A stretch of DNA of 51,563 nucleotides from Oligoflexales bacterium (GCA_947476525.1 CANJQY010000003.1:1-51563), one strand, 5' to 3'; counted from the stretch's first letter, positions 8,902 through 17,849 are shown. Numbers and translations are program-made. Notes: generated from the sequence alone by a model not told the origin.

Positions 8902-8960
8902 ACCTGAAAATCTCAAATTTAAAAATTAGATTTACATAGAAAATCCAGAGAAATTGAACC

Positions 8961-9007
8961 TGTGCTACCGCTTTATTAAGATGGCAGGTTAATAAAGCGG
9001 TAGTACA
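8961..9007. repeat. TGT...ACA-bounded palindrome (hairpin B)
   Basis: TGTGCTACCGCTTTATTAA-N9-TTAATAAAGCGGTAGTACA, 18/19 complementary. Confidence 0.85.
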
Positions 9008-9028
9008 CGCCTATCTCAGCTGCCGGGC

Positions 9029-9068
9029 TTGCATTTATAAGAATGGTAGTGTATAATTTGTTATAACA
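9029..9068 (+). promoter_or_regulatory. Sigma-70 promoter and palindromic operator of the mazEF-like operon
   Basis: TTGCAT-N17-TATAAT (9029-9057), palindrome TGTTATAACA (9059-9068), then GGAGG RBS. Confidence 0.8.
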
Positions 9069-9077
9069 GGAGGTCCT

Positions 9078-9323
9078 ATGATTTCGCAAAGAATTAAGAT
9101 CCGAAAAATGGGCAACAGTCACGGAATTTTAATACCTCAAGAAATTCTTAAAAGCATGCAATGGGAAGCTGGTCAATTTGTTGATCTAATCTTGGAGTTA
9201 AATGCATTGGTACTTGCCACGCCAGTGCCGACTTTAAATGATTTAGTAAATAGCGTTCCCAAGAAAATGAAAATCAAAGAAGTTTCCACTGGGAGGCCTG
9301 TTGGAAAGGAGAAGGTTGACTGA
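9078..9323 (+). CDS. mazE: AbrB/MazE family antitoxin
   Basis: KIRKMGNSHGILIP...TLNDLV...TGRPVGKE; overlaps the toxin start (TGATG). Confidence 0.9.
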   Translation: MISQRIKIRKMGNSHGILIPQEILKSMQWEAGQFVDLILELNALVLATPVPTLNDLVNSVPKKMKIKEVSTGRPVGKEKVD

Positions 9324-9646
9324 TGTATATACCTGAACGTGGTGACATCTGCTGGTTAACATTTGATCCTCAAGCCGGGCACGAACAAATGAAGCGCCGC
9401 CCTGCTCTGATTATTTCTGAAAAAATATTTAACGCAATTGGTTTAGCAGTTGTGTGCCCAATTACTTCTGCGTCTCCTAAGCATGGCTTTCATATTAAGC
9501 TACCAGAGACGCTTCGAACTGGTGGATGCGTCATGACAGAGCAAATTAAAAGTTTGGATTTTATTTCACGTAAGGCAGAATTCATTGAATATGCTCCGTT
9601 TGGATTTATTCAACACGTTAGATCAATTGTTGCCCAATTCATTTGA
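9323..9646 (+). CDS. mazF: MazF/PemK family endoribonuclease toxin
   Basis: YIPERGDICWLTFDPQAGHEQMKRRPALIIS...VCPITS...EQIKSLD. Confidence 0.95.
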   Translation: MYIPERGDICWLTFDPQAGHEQMKRRPALIISEKIFNAIGLAVVCPITSASPKHGFHIKLPETLRTGGCVMTEQIKSLDFISRKAEFIEYAPFGFIQHVRSIVAQFI

Positions 9647-9881
9647 GATTCTCTTAGCTTTTGAAATCTGATATCTTGTTAAAGGCATCAGGTTTTGGTC
9701 ACGAGCTTTGTTGCCCTGCGTCAATTCAGGACTTCTTATAGGTAGATTTTGCTGAAAAAGGTCCGAAATAAAGTCGCCCCCTCTTGGGTTCTAGCCCATT
9801 TTTTTGCCACTAATCATTGGTCTCACTCAATCGATCCTAAACCTTCCTACATCAATCTAATCCACTAGGTCTGCTGCCATC

Positions 9882-9925
9882 TGTAGTGCCGCAATAATCA
9901 ATGTCTATGAATTCATTGATGATTT
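9882..9925. repeat. Degraded copy of hairpin A
   Basis: 40/44 identical to 2557-2600; begins TGTAGTGCCG. Confidence 0.8.
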
Positions 9926-10072
9926 TATGTAGCTCTGATATGAGCCGCTTTATGCTTGAGCACCTCAAAAAACTTCAATTGCTTCTGAAATTCGTTTGGC
10001 GAGTTTTAGGTCAACTTTTATCAGACCTATGGGCGTACTATTCGTCTCCACCACGGCTCCACATGTCGTGTT

Positions 10073-10450
10073 TTACCACAATGCTTTGTTGTAATTTGCA
10101 CGAATGTGCTGATCTCGCGTGATCAAATATCCATTTTCTATACGGGCATGGCACGTAATGAGCCGATCAAATGGGTCCCTGGTCCAAGATTCACTCAGTG
10201 AATGCTCAATGAGAACATTGAGGGGAATATTGTGAATCTGCAAACCTATTTGATCGTAAAGCTGTGACGTCACTTTGTCGGCCTTCTCTTTAATTCGCTC
10301 TATCTCATACAGGTACTGCAGTTCCAATTTCACAAGAGGTGAAATAAAGAGATCATTGTCCTCAAGTCGAGACTTCACGGCATCGCTGAATTTGTCTAGC
10401 TCACCTTGGTATAACCAAATACAGGCATTTGTGTCTAAAAAATGAATCAT
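10073..10450 (-). CDS. PIN-domain (VapC-like) toxin
   Basis: FLDTNACIW...ISP...E...RDPFDRLI...LITRD; ATGA overlap with the antitoxin. Confidence 0.92.
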   Translation of the reverse strand: MIHFLDTNACIWLYQGELDKFSDAVKSRLEDNDLFISPLVKLELQYLYEIERIKEKADKVTSQLYDQIGLQIHNIPLNVLIEHSLSESWTRDPFDRLITCHARIENGYLITRDQHIRANYNKALW

Positions 10451-10674
10451 CGCAGCTTCCATTCTTGCGTCCAATCGATATGCTCAAAATTGTCTGAGTC
10501 TTCGCTTGTGAGCTTTCGTGGCTTGAGTTTGCTAAGTTTAGAATATCGCTTACTTACAGAAATAATTTTCAACAAATTGCCATTTCGCTCAATTTCAGCA
10601 GGCTTTCCGGTCCTTATGATTTCATCTAAAATTTTGTAGACTTCTTGACGTAATTTTGAGGCCGTAAGGCGCAT
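10447..10674 (-). CDS. Phd/YefM family antitoxin
   Basis: LTASKLRQEVYKILDEIIRTGKPAEIERNG, directly upstream of the PIN toxin. Confidence 0.88.
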   Translation of the reverse strand: MRLTASKLRQEVYKILDEIIRTGKPAEIERNGNLLKIISVSKRYSKLSKLKPRKLTSEDSDNFEHIDWTQEWKLR

Positions 10675-10695
10675 GAGTATATCTCCTAGGCTGTA

Positions 10696-10741
10696 TACGT
10701 ACGTACATGATAAGCATACGTACGTACGTTTGAAATGTCAA
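10696..10741 (-). promoter_or_regulatory. Sigma-70 promoter with two palindromic operators
   Basis: Minus strand TTGACA-N17-TATGCT (10741-10713). TACGTACGTA palindromes at 10696-10705 and 10717-10726. Confidence 0.8.
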
Positions 10742-10796
10742 CCATACACGCACCCAATCGGTAGATATTGTGTGTTGATGCTACAGCGAGCTTCAG

Positions 10797-10825
10797 TTGA
10801 CGCTGATATTCAATAGCGGTACAAT
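10797..10825 (+). promoter_or_regulatory. Sigma-70 promoter
   Basis: TTGACG-N17-TACAAT; GAGGAGG RBS at 10857-10863. Confidence 0.75.
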
Positions 10826-10868
10826 ACTGCATTGACTCAACTTCTAATCGCAAATTGAGGAGGTGGCT

Positions 10869-12884
10869 ATGCGCTTCGCAAGAATTATATGCATGCTGGT
10901 TTTCATGTCGTTATTGACCCACTGTGCAACTAAACGGTCACCGTCTGCAAGTAAGGCGCAAGCAGCCTCCAACTCGCCGTATCAAGGTCTAGACAATCAA
11001 GATCTCACAAGGCTCATTGTAAAAGCCAACGGTGACTGGAATAATGCTGAGACGAAGATGGCTTGGCTAACGCTGGCGAGCAATTTCCTCGGACACGTGG
11101 ACTCGGTGCGTCGAGCCATTGTCGCAATGCCGCCAAGGCGTCCGGCAGCGGGACTTAACCTGGCCGCAGAAACGCCTGCGATTGATGCTCTCGCAGAGCA
11201 AAAACTTCAAATGCAATGGGCAGAACAATCGGCTCGAAGCGGGCTAGATCAAAGCCGATTAATGCTCGATTACGACCGAGCGAGCGGTGATTATGATATT
11301 CGGCGCCAAGAATTGCTTAAAGGCTATGACAAGCAAACATTTGACAATGCCATCTCCGCAGCCAAAACTAACGTGGAAATACAAGGCAATCAAATAGAAA
11401 ACTTTCAGAAGCTGATTGAGGCCAAGAAAAAAATTATTGAGAATCAAATTCTTGGAAATTACGCAAATGCATTTAATTCTTATGTCCGCTCTTATCATGA
11501 GTACACGTTAACTATAGCCACCGTAATGCGGGGTGCCAAAAAGGTATCACAAAAAGCAAGCGTCCTTGCCAATTCTATAATGGAGTATGACAAGAGAGTG
11601 AGGCATTGTGCGTCAGCTCAAACAGCACAGACAAATCAAAATATGCGGACTGCAATTAGAAATCTCGCATTGGCTGACTACTCCAAATTGCTCATTCAAG
11701 CTGAGAGCTCTGTGGCGCCCCGTGTCCAGGCAGTAACAGATCTGCCTCACGGCAGCGAGTGCCTAGAGCTGGGGCTGATCCAGGCCAATATGGATGAATT
11801 TCCGTCAAGCTTTGCGTCGGATGCTTATCCAGTGGCGAGTCCGATCTTCAGACTGATTGTAGATTCCAATCCACGGGGGTCGGTGGCCGCCAGGACAATT
11901 GCTGCCTGCCCTGCATTGGAGTCAGGCGGTGATCCCCTTGGTCTACGCCCGCATGCTGCTCAAATGATGGGAATATCTGGCAATATTCAGACAGCCGCCG
12001 ATTCTCTTGAGGTGGTCAACGGCTACTTTTCAAATTCAATTTCAAGTGCCTCAGAGATTGTGCCCAACTCAAATGTACCGGATGAGACGGCTCCTACATT
12101 GGGTCAGCAAATTGAGGTAGGGTCAGCAGTAGATTTAGGGATGGCTTATTTGACGGATGTACCAAGGGCAGATAATCGTGAATTGATCATTCCTTTTCCA
12201 GCGACGCCATTTCAGGTAACCATGCAAGTTGCAAAAGGCCAGATTGAATTTCGTAGCGCAGGTGCGACTGCACCAGAGAAGCCGTATTGCAGTGTTCGAC
12301 CGAGCGATTCAATAGGAAAACAAAATTTAAAAATTTTTGTTGACTCAGTTCGAAAATATGAAGCTCAGCGAGCGATCAAACTCCGCCGGGATCTTGAGGT
12401 CGCAGGCGTGCGTTTTGATAATGCAGGTAAAATTCAATTAGACAGCACGCCCTACAACGGTGGATCACTGGCAACGACTGACACGACAAGAGTCAACGCT
12501 TTGGTACGCCGTGGTTTGTTCTTGGCTCAGCAATGCACACGAATGACTGTCGAACACGTCGAGCAAGCAGAAGTCAGTGCCGGCCAAACAAGTGTGACGT
12601 TACCACAGGCAACGGATGTATCTGTCGGCTTGAATAAATATACGTTCTTTTACCCACCATATTCGTTGGGCGACGATCAGACGACCCTTGGCAGTGCTAT
12701 GGTAAAGGCGACTAGAACTTGCATGGACAATGCGTTAATGTCTTTGTCTCAAAGCCAGCAAGCATTGTCGGCGGCGTCTGAATTTTATAAATTTTTCGGG
12801 GAGGCTGCCAATATTCACGCCCCCGCAGCGCCGATCCCTTATGTTCCCAATCCCCCGCCGGGCTCGATTGTTTATGGACGCTGA
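10869..12884 (+). CDS. Hypothetical lipoprotein with coiled-coil N-terminal region
   Basis: Long ORF with strong RBS and lipobox-like LLTH-C; no family recognised. Confidence 0.75.
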   Translation: MRFARIICMLVFMSLLTHCATKRSPSASKAQAASNSPYQGLDNQDLTRLIVKANGDWNNAETKMAWLTLASNFLGHVDSVRRAIVAMPPRRPAAGLNLAAETPAIDALAEQKLQMQWAEQSARSGLDQSRLMLDYDRASGDYDIRRQELLKGYDKQTFDNAISAAKTNVEIQGNQIENFQKLIEAKKKIIENQILGNYANAFNSYVRSYHEYTLTIATVMRGAKKVSQKASVLANSIMEYDKRVRHCASAQTAQTNQNMRTAIRNLALADYSKLLIQAESSVAPRVQAVTDLPHGSECLELGLIQANMDEFPSSFASDAYPVASPIFRLIVDSNPRGSVAARTIAACPALESGGDPLGLRPHAAQMMGISGNIQTAADSLEVVNGYFSNSISSASEIVPNSNVPDETAPTLGQQIEVGSAVDLGMAYLTDVPRADNRELIIPFPATPFQVTMQVAKGQIEFRSAGATAPEKPYCSVRPSDSIGKQNLKIFVDSVRKYEAQRAIKLRRDLEVAGVRFDNAGKIQLDSTPYNGGSLATTDTTRVNALVRRGLFLAQQCTRMTVEHVEQAEVSAGQTSVTLPQATDVSVGLNKYTFFYPPYSLGDDQTTLGSAMVKATRTCMDNALMSLSQSQQALSAASEFYKFFGEAANIHAPAAPIPYVPNPPPGSIVYGR

Positions 12885-13036
12885 TCGACTGGACTGGATC
12901 ACTATGCCAAAATCCTGAAAAATGGCCTGTTTTAGGCTGTTTTAGAGCGACATTTGGATTGAGGTCCTGCATAGCCCACATATCAGCTCGGTAAGATGGA
13001 CCGATGAGGACCGGTAACACAATGCGGCATCAAGAC

Positions 13037-13651
13037 TTAGTTTAGATAAGCGCTAGTTGACACCAAAGGCATGATGGCATTTGATGCGGTACGCACAAGT
13101 CCCATTCTAGTTGTGACGGTCGTCCACATTTCCGCCCACGGCGTATTAAACACGAGGACTCGGTCCATTGGTTGCAGGGCCCAGGCTCCAGACCTAATTT
13201 CATCGTCTAATTGACCTTTACTCCAGCCTGCATAGCCCACAAGAAATCGGTATGGGTTTAAGCTGTTGTGGGACGGTGCTGCTCCAGCTGCAATTTCATC
13301 AAGCGAGGCGGCACTTTCGTCTAATAGGGAATCTAACACGCGACCTGAAGTGCTTAGGTAAACTCCCTGGCCCACGTCAGTGTCGTTGGTCGCCGGTTTA
13401 CGGGAGTGGAGTATAATAGCGGTGCCTGTATCAACGGGGCCGCCATACCAAGCAGGAATGGCTGATGGTACGTCTCGGTCAATGAGGCTTAGCATAGACT
13501 TGAGGGGGACGGTGCTTGGGCGATTTAAAATAAAACCGATGGCTCCCTCGCTGTTGTGCTCAGCAAGAAGGAGGACTGTTTTAATAAAGTTGCCGTCAAG
13601 CATGCTGGGCATACCGATAAGCAAACATGGAGCGGAAATATGCGTAATCAT
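13037..13651 (-). CDS. yqgE: YqgE/AlgH family protein
   Basis: LLIGMPSMLDGNF..TV..L.EH..EGAIGFILNRP, GGPV, GYAGWSKGQLDDEI..GAW. Confidence 0.95.
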   Translation of the reverse strand: MITHISAPCLLIGMPSMLDGNFIKTVLLLAEHNSEGAIGFILNRPSTVPLKSMLSLIDRDVPSAIPAWYGGPVDTGTAIILHSRKPATNDTDVGQGVYLSTSGRVLDSLLDESAASLDEIAAGAAPSHNSLNPYRFLVGYAGWSKGQLDDEIRSGAWALQPMDRVLVFNTPWAEMWTTVTTRMGLVRTASNAIMPLVSTSAYLN

Positions 13652-14038
13652 CCGTGATCACCATCCGTGTATAAATTGTTTAAATACTAATTTAAAGATT
13701 AATGTCTGCTCTTTATAGAGACTACGAGACTCCAAACTAGTTCGTCAACCACTAAATGACCATTGCGTTTGTTTTTCCAGGAAGTTTCGGAATGTGGCAG
13801 AGTGGGGCAGTGTTTTATACCTAAACTTATTTACTAGATTGGCAACAAACCATATTTTTGCAAGTAATTCTCTTGATTATGGCATGAATCCTTTGGCGGG
13901 CAAGCGCTAGCGCAGGTATTAGGTTTAGTTATAATACACTTTTGCAGGCGCAAATTTTAGGGCAATTGTTAATTTTCGTACTATAATAGGTAAATAGCTG
14001 CACACCGTAGGTAACTCGTCACTTAGAATGCAGCCGTG

Positions 14039-14094
14039 AGTCATCAGTCATCAGTCATCAGTCATCAGTCATCAGTCATCAGTCATCAGTCATC
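14039..14094 (+). repeat. Heptanucleotide VNTR (AGTCATC)x8
   Basis: Eight perfect copies, ~40 nt upstream of the ATG at 14136. Confidence 0.97.
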
Positions 14095-14135
14095 AGCAGC
14101 AAGGCCCTTTTGTTAACGTCATAGCCTTAGGATGA

Positions 14136-15164
14136 ATGAAAATGGAAAAAAAACTAGGATTTATTCTGATGTTTGGTTGGCTGCCGGCCACAATATCTTT
14201 TTCTCATCAACTAGATCAACGCATCGGTGGTTACAGTTCCTCTGGGGGCGAATCACGTTCAATGGCAAAAATAAATGGACGTGCAGATGTTCCTGCCATG
14301 GCGTCAGGTGAGGTTCAGTCGTCACTCAGTATCAACGCGACCATTGAAGGAGTTAGCATTGAAGGTGACGAAAAAAATGAATACATGAAAAAGCATTTTC
14401 CAACTGGCCAGCGCCTTGATCAAAATTTTGGGTTGGATAGTGATTGGACATTTTCAAAGACTTCAAATTTTACATTTGGCGGCAGTGTCTCAGGTGATGG
14501 CGTGGTTAAAACCACATCAAAGAGAGCCTCGGCAGGGCAGTGGTTGTTCGCAGATCAGCTGCGCGTTGGAGTTTACGGATCCACTTCAGAAACAAAACGC
14601 CCGGAGGCGGGTTTTCTTGACTACGACTCAGTCACACTGGTATTCAAATCGCGCACTGTGGCAAACACCGGCGGGTTGTCCCTGAAAGCAATTTTAAATC
14701 CAACCACCATTGTCACGGCAGACTACGCCAGTGTGCAAAGTACGGACAGACCTCATCTCCAGAGCTGGGCTGCGGGAGTTCGTGAATTTATTGCTGCCTG
14801 TGAGTGCTCAGTTCACGGAGATGTCGCAAGAGTGATAAATCTAGGAGCGCTAAATACCAATATGTCGACAGGACAATTAATGGGTACTCAAGCCACGGTC
14901 TCCTATTTACAATCGCTTTGGAAAGATGGCCACGGTCGTTTGGCTTATCGCTATGCACGTGAAGATGAATATACCAGAGCCTACAATGATCACCTTGCGT
15001 TCGGCTCCGATAGTTTTACCGCCGCAGTCTCCCACGAATTTCAAAAAGCAAGAATAGGGGGTCACGACCGACCCCTACTCATGGATTTGGCCGCAACAAG
15101 ATATCTCGACAATGCAAGTTTTTCCGGTACGACGATGGAATTGGGAGCAACCGTTAAATTTTAG
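14136..15164 (+). CDS. Outer-membrane beta-barrel protein, DUF3570-like
   Basis: Signal peptide, amphipathic beta strands, terminal Phe; directly upstream of a DUF4266-like gene and thioredoxins. Confidence 0.6.
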   Translation: MKMEKKLGFILMFGWLPATISFSHQLDQRIGGYSSSGGESRSMAKINGRADVPAMASGEVQSSLSINATIEGVSIEGDEKNEYMKKHFPTGQRLDQNFGLDSDWTFSKTSNFTFGGSVSGDGVVKTTSKRASAGQWLFADQLRVGVYGSTSETKRPEAGFLDYDSVTLVFKSRTVANTGGLSLKAILNPTTIVTADYASVQSTDRPHLQSWAAGVREFIAACECSVHGDVARVINLGALNTNMSTGQLMGTQATVSYLQSLWKDGHGRLAYRYAREDEYTRAYNDHLAFGSDSFTAAVSHEFQKARIGGHDRPLLMDLAATRYLDNASFSGTTMELGATVKF

Positions 15165-15202
15165 CGTGCGTAAATTATTGAATCAGAAAAGGATCGTAAA
15201 AA

Positions 15203-15487
15203 ATGAATGATCAATTTCAAATCAAATCGATTTCTAAATTTAACGAACGTTTTTTGCTGCAAAGCGCACTTTTGGTCTTGGGAGTAGCGCTCAGTGGTCT
15301 GGGGTTAAGCAGTTGTCGGAGCATTCGTCCCTACGAAAAAGAATATTTACTCCACCCGACAATGGACGACAGCCGCGTCGAAAGCCTCTCTGCTCCCTAC
15401 GGGAAAACGAGGCGCCCATCCGAGAGGTTAGCGGCTTCGGGGGGCGGCGGAGGTTCTTCGGCGTGCCCCACTTGTGGAGGGAAGTAG
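15203..15487 (+). CDS. DUF4266-like small lipoprotein
   Basis: LSS-C lipobox, IRPYEKEYL.HP.M, Gly-rich tail ending in a Cys pair (GGGGGSSACPTCGGK). Confidence 0.75.
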   Translation: MNDQFQIKSISKFNERFLLQSALLVLGVALSGLGLSSCRSIRPYEKEYLLHPTMDDSRVESLSAPYGKTRRPSERLAASGGGGGSSACPTCGGK

Positions 15488-15489
15488 AA

Positions 15490-17214
15490 ATGCGCAGTCT
15501 GGTAAATACATCTTCAATCACATGGCCGCTGATTTTGCTGTCGTCCATTCAAATGCTTAGTTGCGGATCTAAAATTAATCCTATCGTAAAACTAAATCGG
15601 CCGATCGCAGGTGAAGAATTTGTGGATCTTGACGCCATACAAATGCTTAAGCTGCAAGACGGCACACCCGTAACGATCGGGCAGTATATGCGCGATCAAA
15701 AATTGCCATGGCTGGTTTTGTCGTTTGGCAGTAAAGGCTGTGGGATATGTATGGAGAAGGCTCGGTATCTTCAAGCTAATTTGGTTAACGGCGGCTACGA
15801 AGCCCTTGGACTCGCACCTGAGCCTCAGAATAAAGTGGAGCTAATAGGAGTATTTACTGACCCAAAAGAAAACCGTGATGAGCTCCTTGGTCTGGTCGGC
15901 AATACTGAACTACCGCTAACACTGATGAATTGGTGGGATCCTAGTCACGAAGTCATGATGAAATACTTTCAGGCTGCAGGACGGGGCTTTACCGTGCCGC
16001 TGACGGTGATGCTGTCTCCACGCGGCATCCTGTGGCGAGTAAATAGCGATGATAAAATTTCGATTGAAAATCTAATCCTAAAAATTGCTAACACCATTTC
16101 TAGTGATGCCACGCCTAGGCCACCGTTACCTCCAGCTCCAGAGCCCCCTGCACCGCCTGTGAGAGTTTCTCTCTTGGGTTCCGAAGTCCCAGGCCGCTTA
16201 GACGGTTCTGTGGTGACGTCTTGTGTGGACCGTAGCCAAATGACGCTCGGCTCGATGTTGCCGCCGGTGGCCGGAGGCTTGCGTGCCGTGCTGGTGCACA
16301 AGGGCAGCTGCGGCCCAGGAGGATCCTGTGGCGAGGCTCGAGAGGCCATCAAAGCTTGGCAATCTGCATGCACTCAGATGCCTGGCGTGCTGTGTTCCTT
16401 TAAAGAAGTTGTGGTCGACAATGGGCTGTGTAGTTCTGATCCGGACTTGGTCTCAGGTGGAAGTGAATTTTACGAAACCTTTGCCGATCACTTTAATTGG
16501 GGCTACAAGCCAATAGACGTGGGTCAAGGGAAAACAAAATTACCCGAGGTCAATGGTCCGCTCACCTTAATTTTTGACAGTGAGGGACGGATCGTGTTCT
16601 CCAACGAGGGCGTGATAGGTTCATACTTGGCCGAAAGAATGTCAAAGGATCAATTGCAGGGACGCGCTCCTGGACCAGATTTCAACGTGGCTTTGAATAT
16701 AATTCCGACAACCAATTCAGATGCAAACTATTTAGCGACGTTTAGCGCCGTTCGCTCACGCTCCAAATATACGATGGTGATGTATTGGAATACCCAATGC
16801 AGCAGTTGCGTCGAGGAAATTGACGCCTGGCATTCCCACGCTGATTCTGCCTACAATTTCTGTTTGGCTCACGCTGATTTTTGCCAAGTGACGGCCCTCG
16901 AAACCGACACGGATGGCTCACCGCCCTTGGCGTACCTGAAGAATTTGATTGTTTGGGACCCTTCTGACCGGTTTGATTTTAGTTGGCAAAAAAATGGTTG
17001 GAATATGCCGCTTATGGTCGAGGGTGAGCCGCTTGCCAATGGCAATGCGCCCCAGGGGTGGTACCGCGGTTGGTTCCGAGCGAAATTTGGGTCGAGCGAG
17101 CCTCGAGTGGTGCTTTTTGACCGCGAAGGAAAAGTTCTCAGCTCGTGGAAAAGTCTTCCTGGAGACGATGGGGCACGAGACTCGATTGTTGCATTGTTTA
17201 ATGGGGCCCGTTGA
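15490..17214 (+). CDS. Multi-domain thioredoxin-like lipoprotein
   Basis: MLS-C lipobox; FGSKGCGIC and YWNTQCSSCVEE CxxC motifs, each followed by a P-x-x-x-L/F strand; Pro-rich linker. Confidence 0.75.
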   Translation: MRSLVNTSSITWPLILLSSIQMLSCGSKINPIVKLNRPIAGEEFVDLDAIQMLKLQDGTPVTIGQYMRDQKLPWLVLSFGSKGCGICMEKARYLQANLVNGGYEALGLAPEPQNKVELIGVFTDPKENRDELLGLVGNTELPLTLMNWWDPSHEVMMKYFQAAGRGFTVPLTVMLSPRGILWRVNSDDKISIENLILKIANTISSDATPRPPLPPAPEPPAPPVRVSLLGSEVPGRLDGSVVTSCVDRSQMTLGSMLPPVAGGLRAVLVHKGSCGPGGSCGEAREAIKAWQSACTQMPGVLCSFKEVVVDNGLCSSDPDLVSGGSEFYETFADHFNWGYKPIDVGQGKTKLPEVNGPLTLIFDSEGRIVFSNEGVIGSYLAERMSKDQLQGRAPGPDFNVALNIIPTTNSDANYLATFSAVRSRSKYTMVMYWNTQCSSCVEEIDAWHSHADSAYNFCLAHADFCQVTALETDTDGSPPLAYLKNLIVWDPSDRFDFSWQKNGWNMPLMVEGEPLANGNAPQGWYRGWFRAKFGSSEPRVVLFDREGKVLSSWKSLPGDDGARDSIVALFNGAR

Positions 17215-17271
17215 ATCACAGGAGAAAGTTCTAGAAAAATAAACGAGTGATCATTTTATGTCGGAGACTAT

Positions 17272-17784
17272 ATGAAGTTAAACACTAGTTTTTTAAACGT
17301 AGGAATCATGATTCTTGTCAGTGGCGTCTGGTCCTCGGCCGCCCTAGCGGTAAAGGTTGGTGACGTGCTGCCTAAAGTCACGATCAACGATCATGATGGC
17401 AAGTCGCAGCAGCCGTGGGCCGGTAAGGCAACACTCATCAATTTTTGGGCTACATGGTGTGACGCTTGTAAAGTAGAGCTTCGGGAAATGGAAAAGGAAA
17501 TGGTTAAGGTGCCTGCGCAGTATCAAGTTGTGTTTGTTAGTTTAGATAAAGACCCTGCCAAAGCAAAAGACTGGATGACAGCAGAATTCAAAGGGTCTAA
17601 TAGCATGAGTAAAAATTTATTTCATGACGGATCATTCACAATGGCTGAGGCCTTGGGGATTGAAAGCTTTCCGTTGACATTGATTGTTGATTCCACCGGA
17701 AAAGTCATCAAAATACAAGATGGCTTTAAAGATGGTCAAGGCTCGACGGCCATGCTGTTTGATTCGTTGAAAATGCAGAAGTAA
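17272..17784 (+). CDS. TlpA/ResA-like thiol-disulfide oxidoreductase
   Basis: LINFWATWCDACKVE...FPLTLIVD..GKV; signal peptide. Confidence 0.92.
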   Translation: MKLNTSFLNVGIMILVSGVWSSAALAVKVGDVLPKVTINDHDGKSQQPWAGKATLINFWATWCDACKVELREMEKEMVKVPAQYQVVFVSLDKDPAKAKDWMTAEFKGSNSMSKNLFHDGSFTMAEALGIESFPLTLIVDSTGKVIKIQDGFKDGQGSTAMLFDSLKMQK

Positions 17785-17849
17785 TCTATAACACAGATGC
17801 GTGACAAGACATTCGGGAAATTGGTCGGCCATCATTGGCCGCACTATGC

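Noticed and set aside
1-13021. Classical integron with attC sites
   Set aside because: No intI, no consistent RYYYAAC...GTTRRRY boxes after genes, and modules lie in both orientations.
13790-13812. MraZ-type GTGG repeat boxes
   Set aside because: Only two imperfect copies and no mraZ/dcw cluster nearby.
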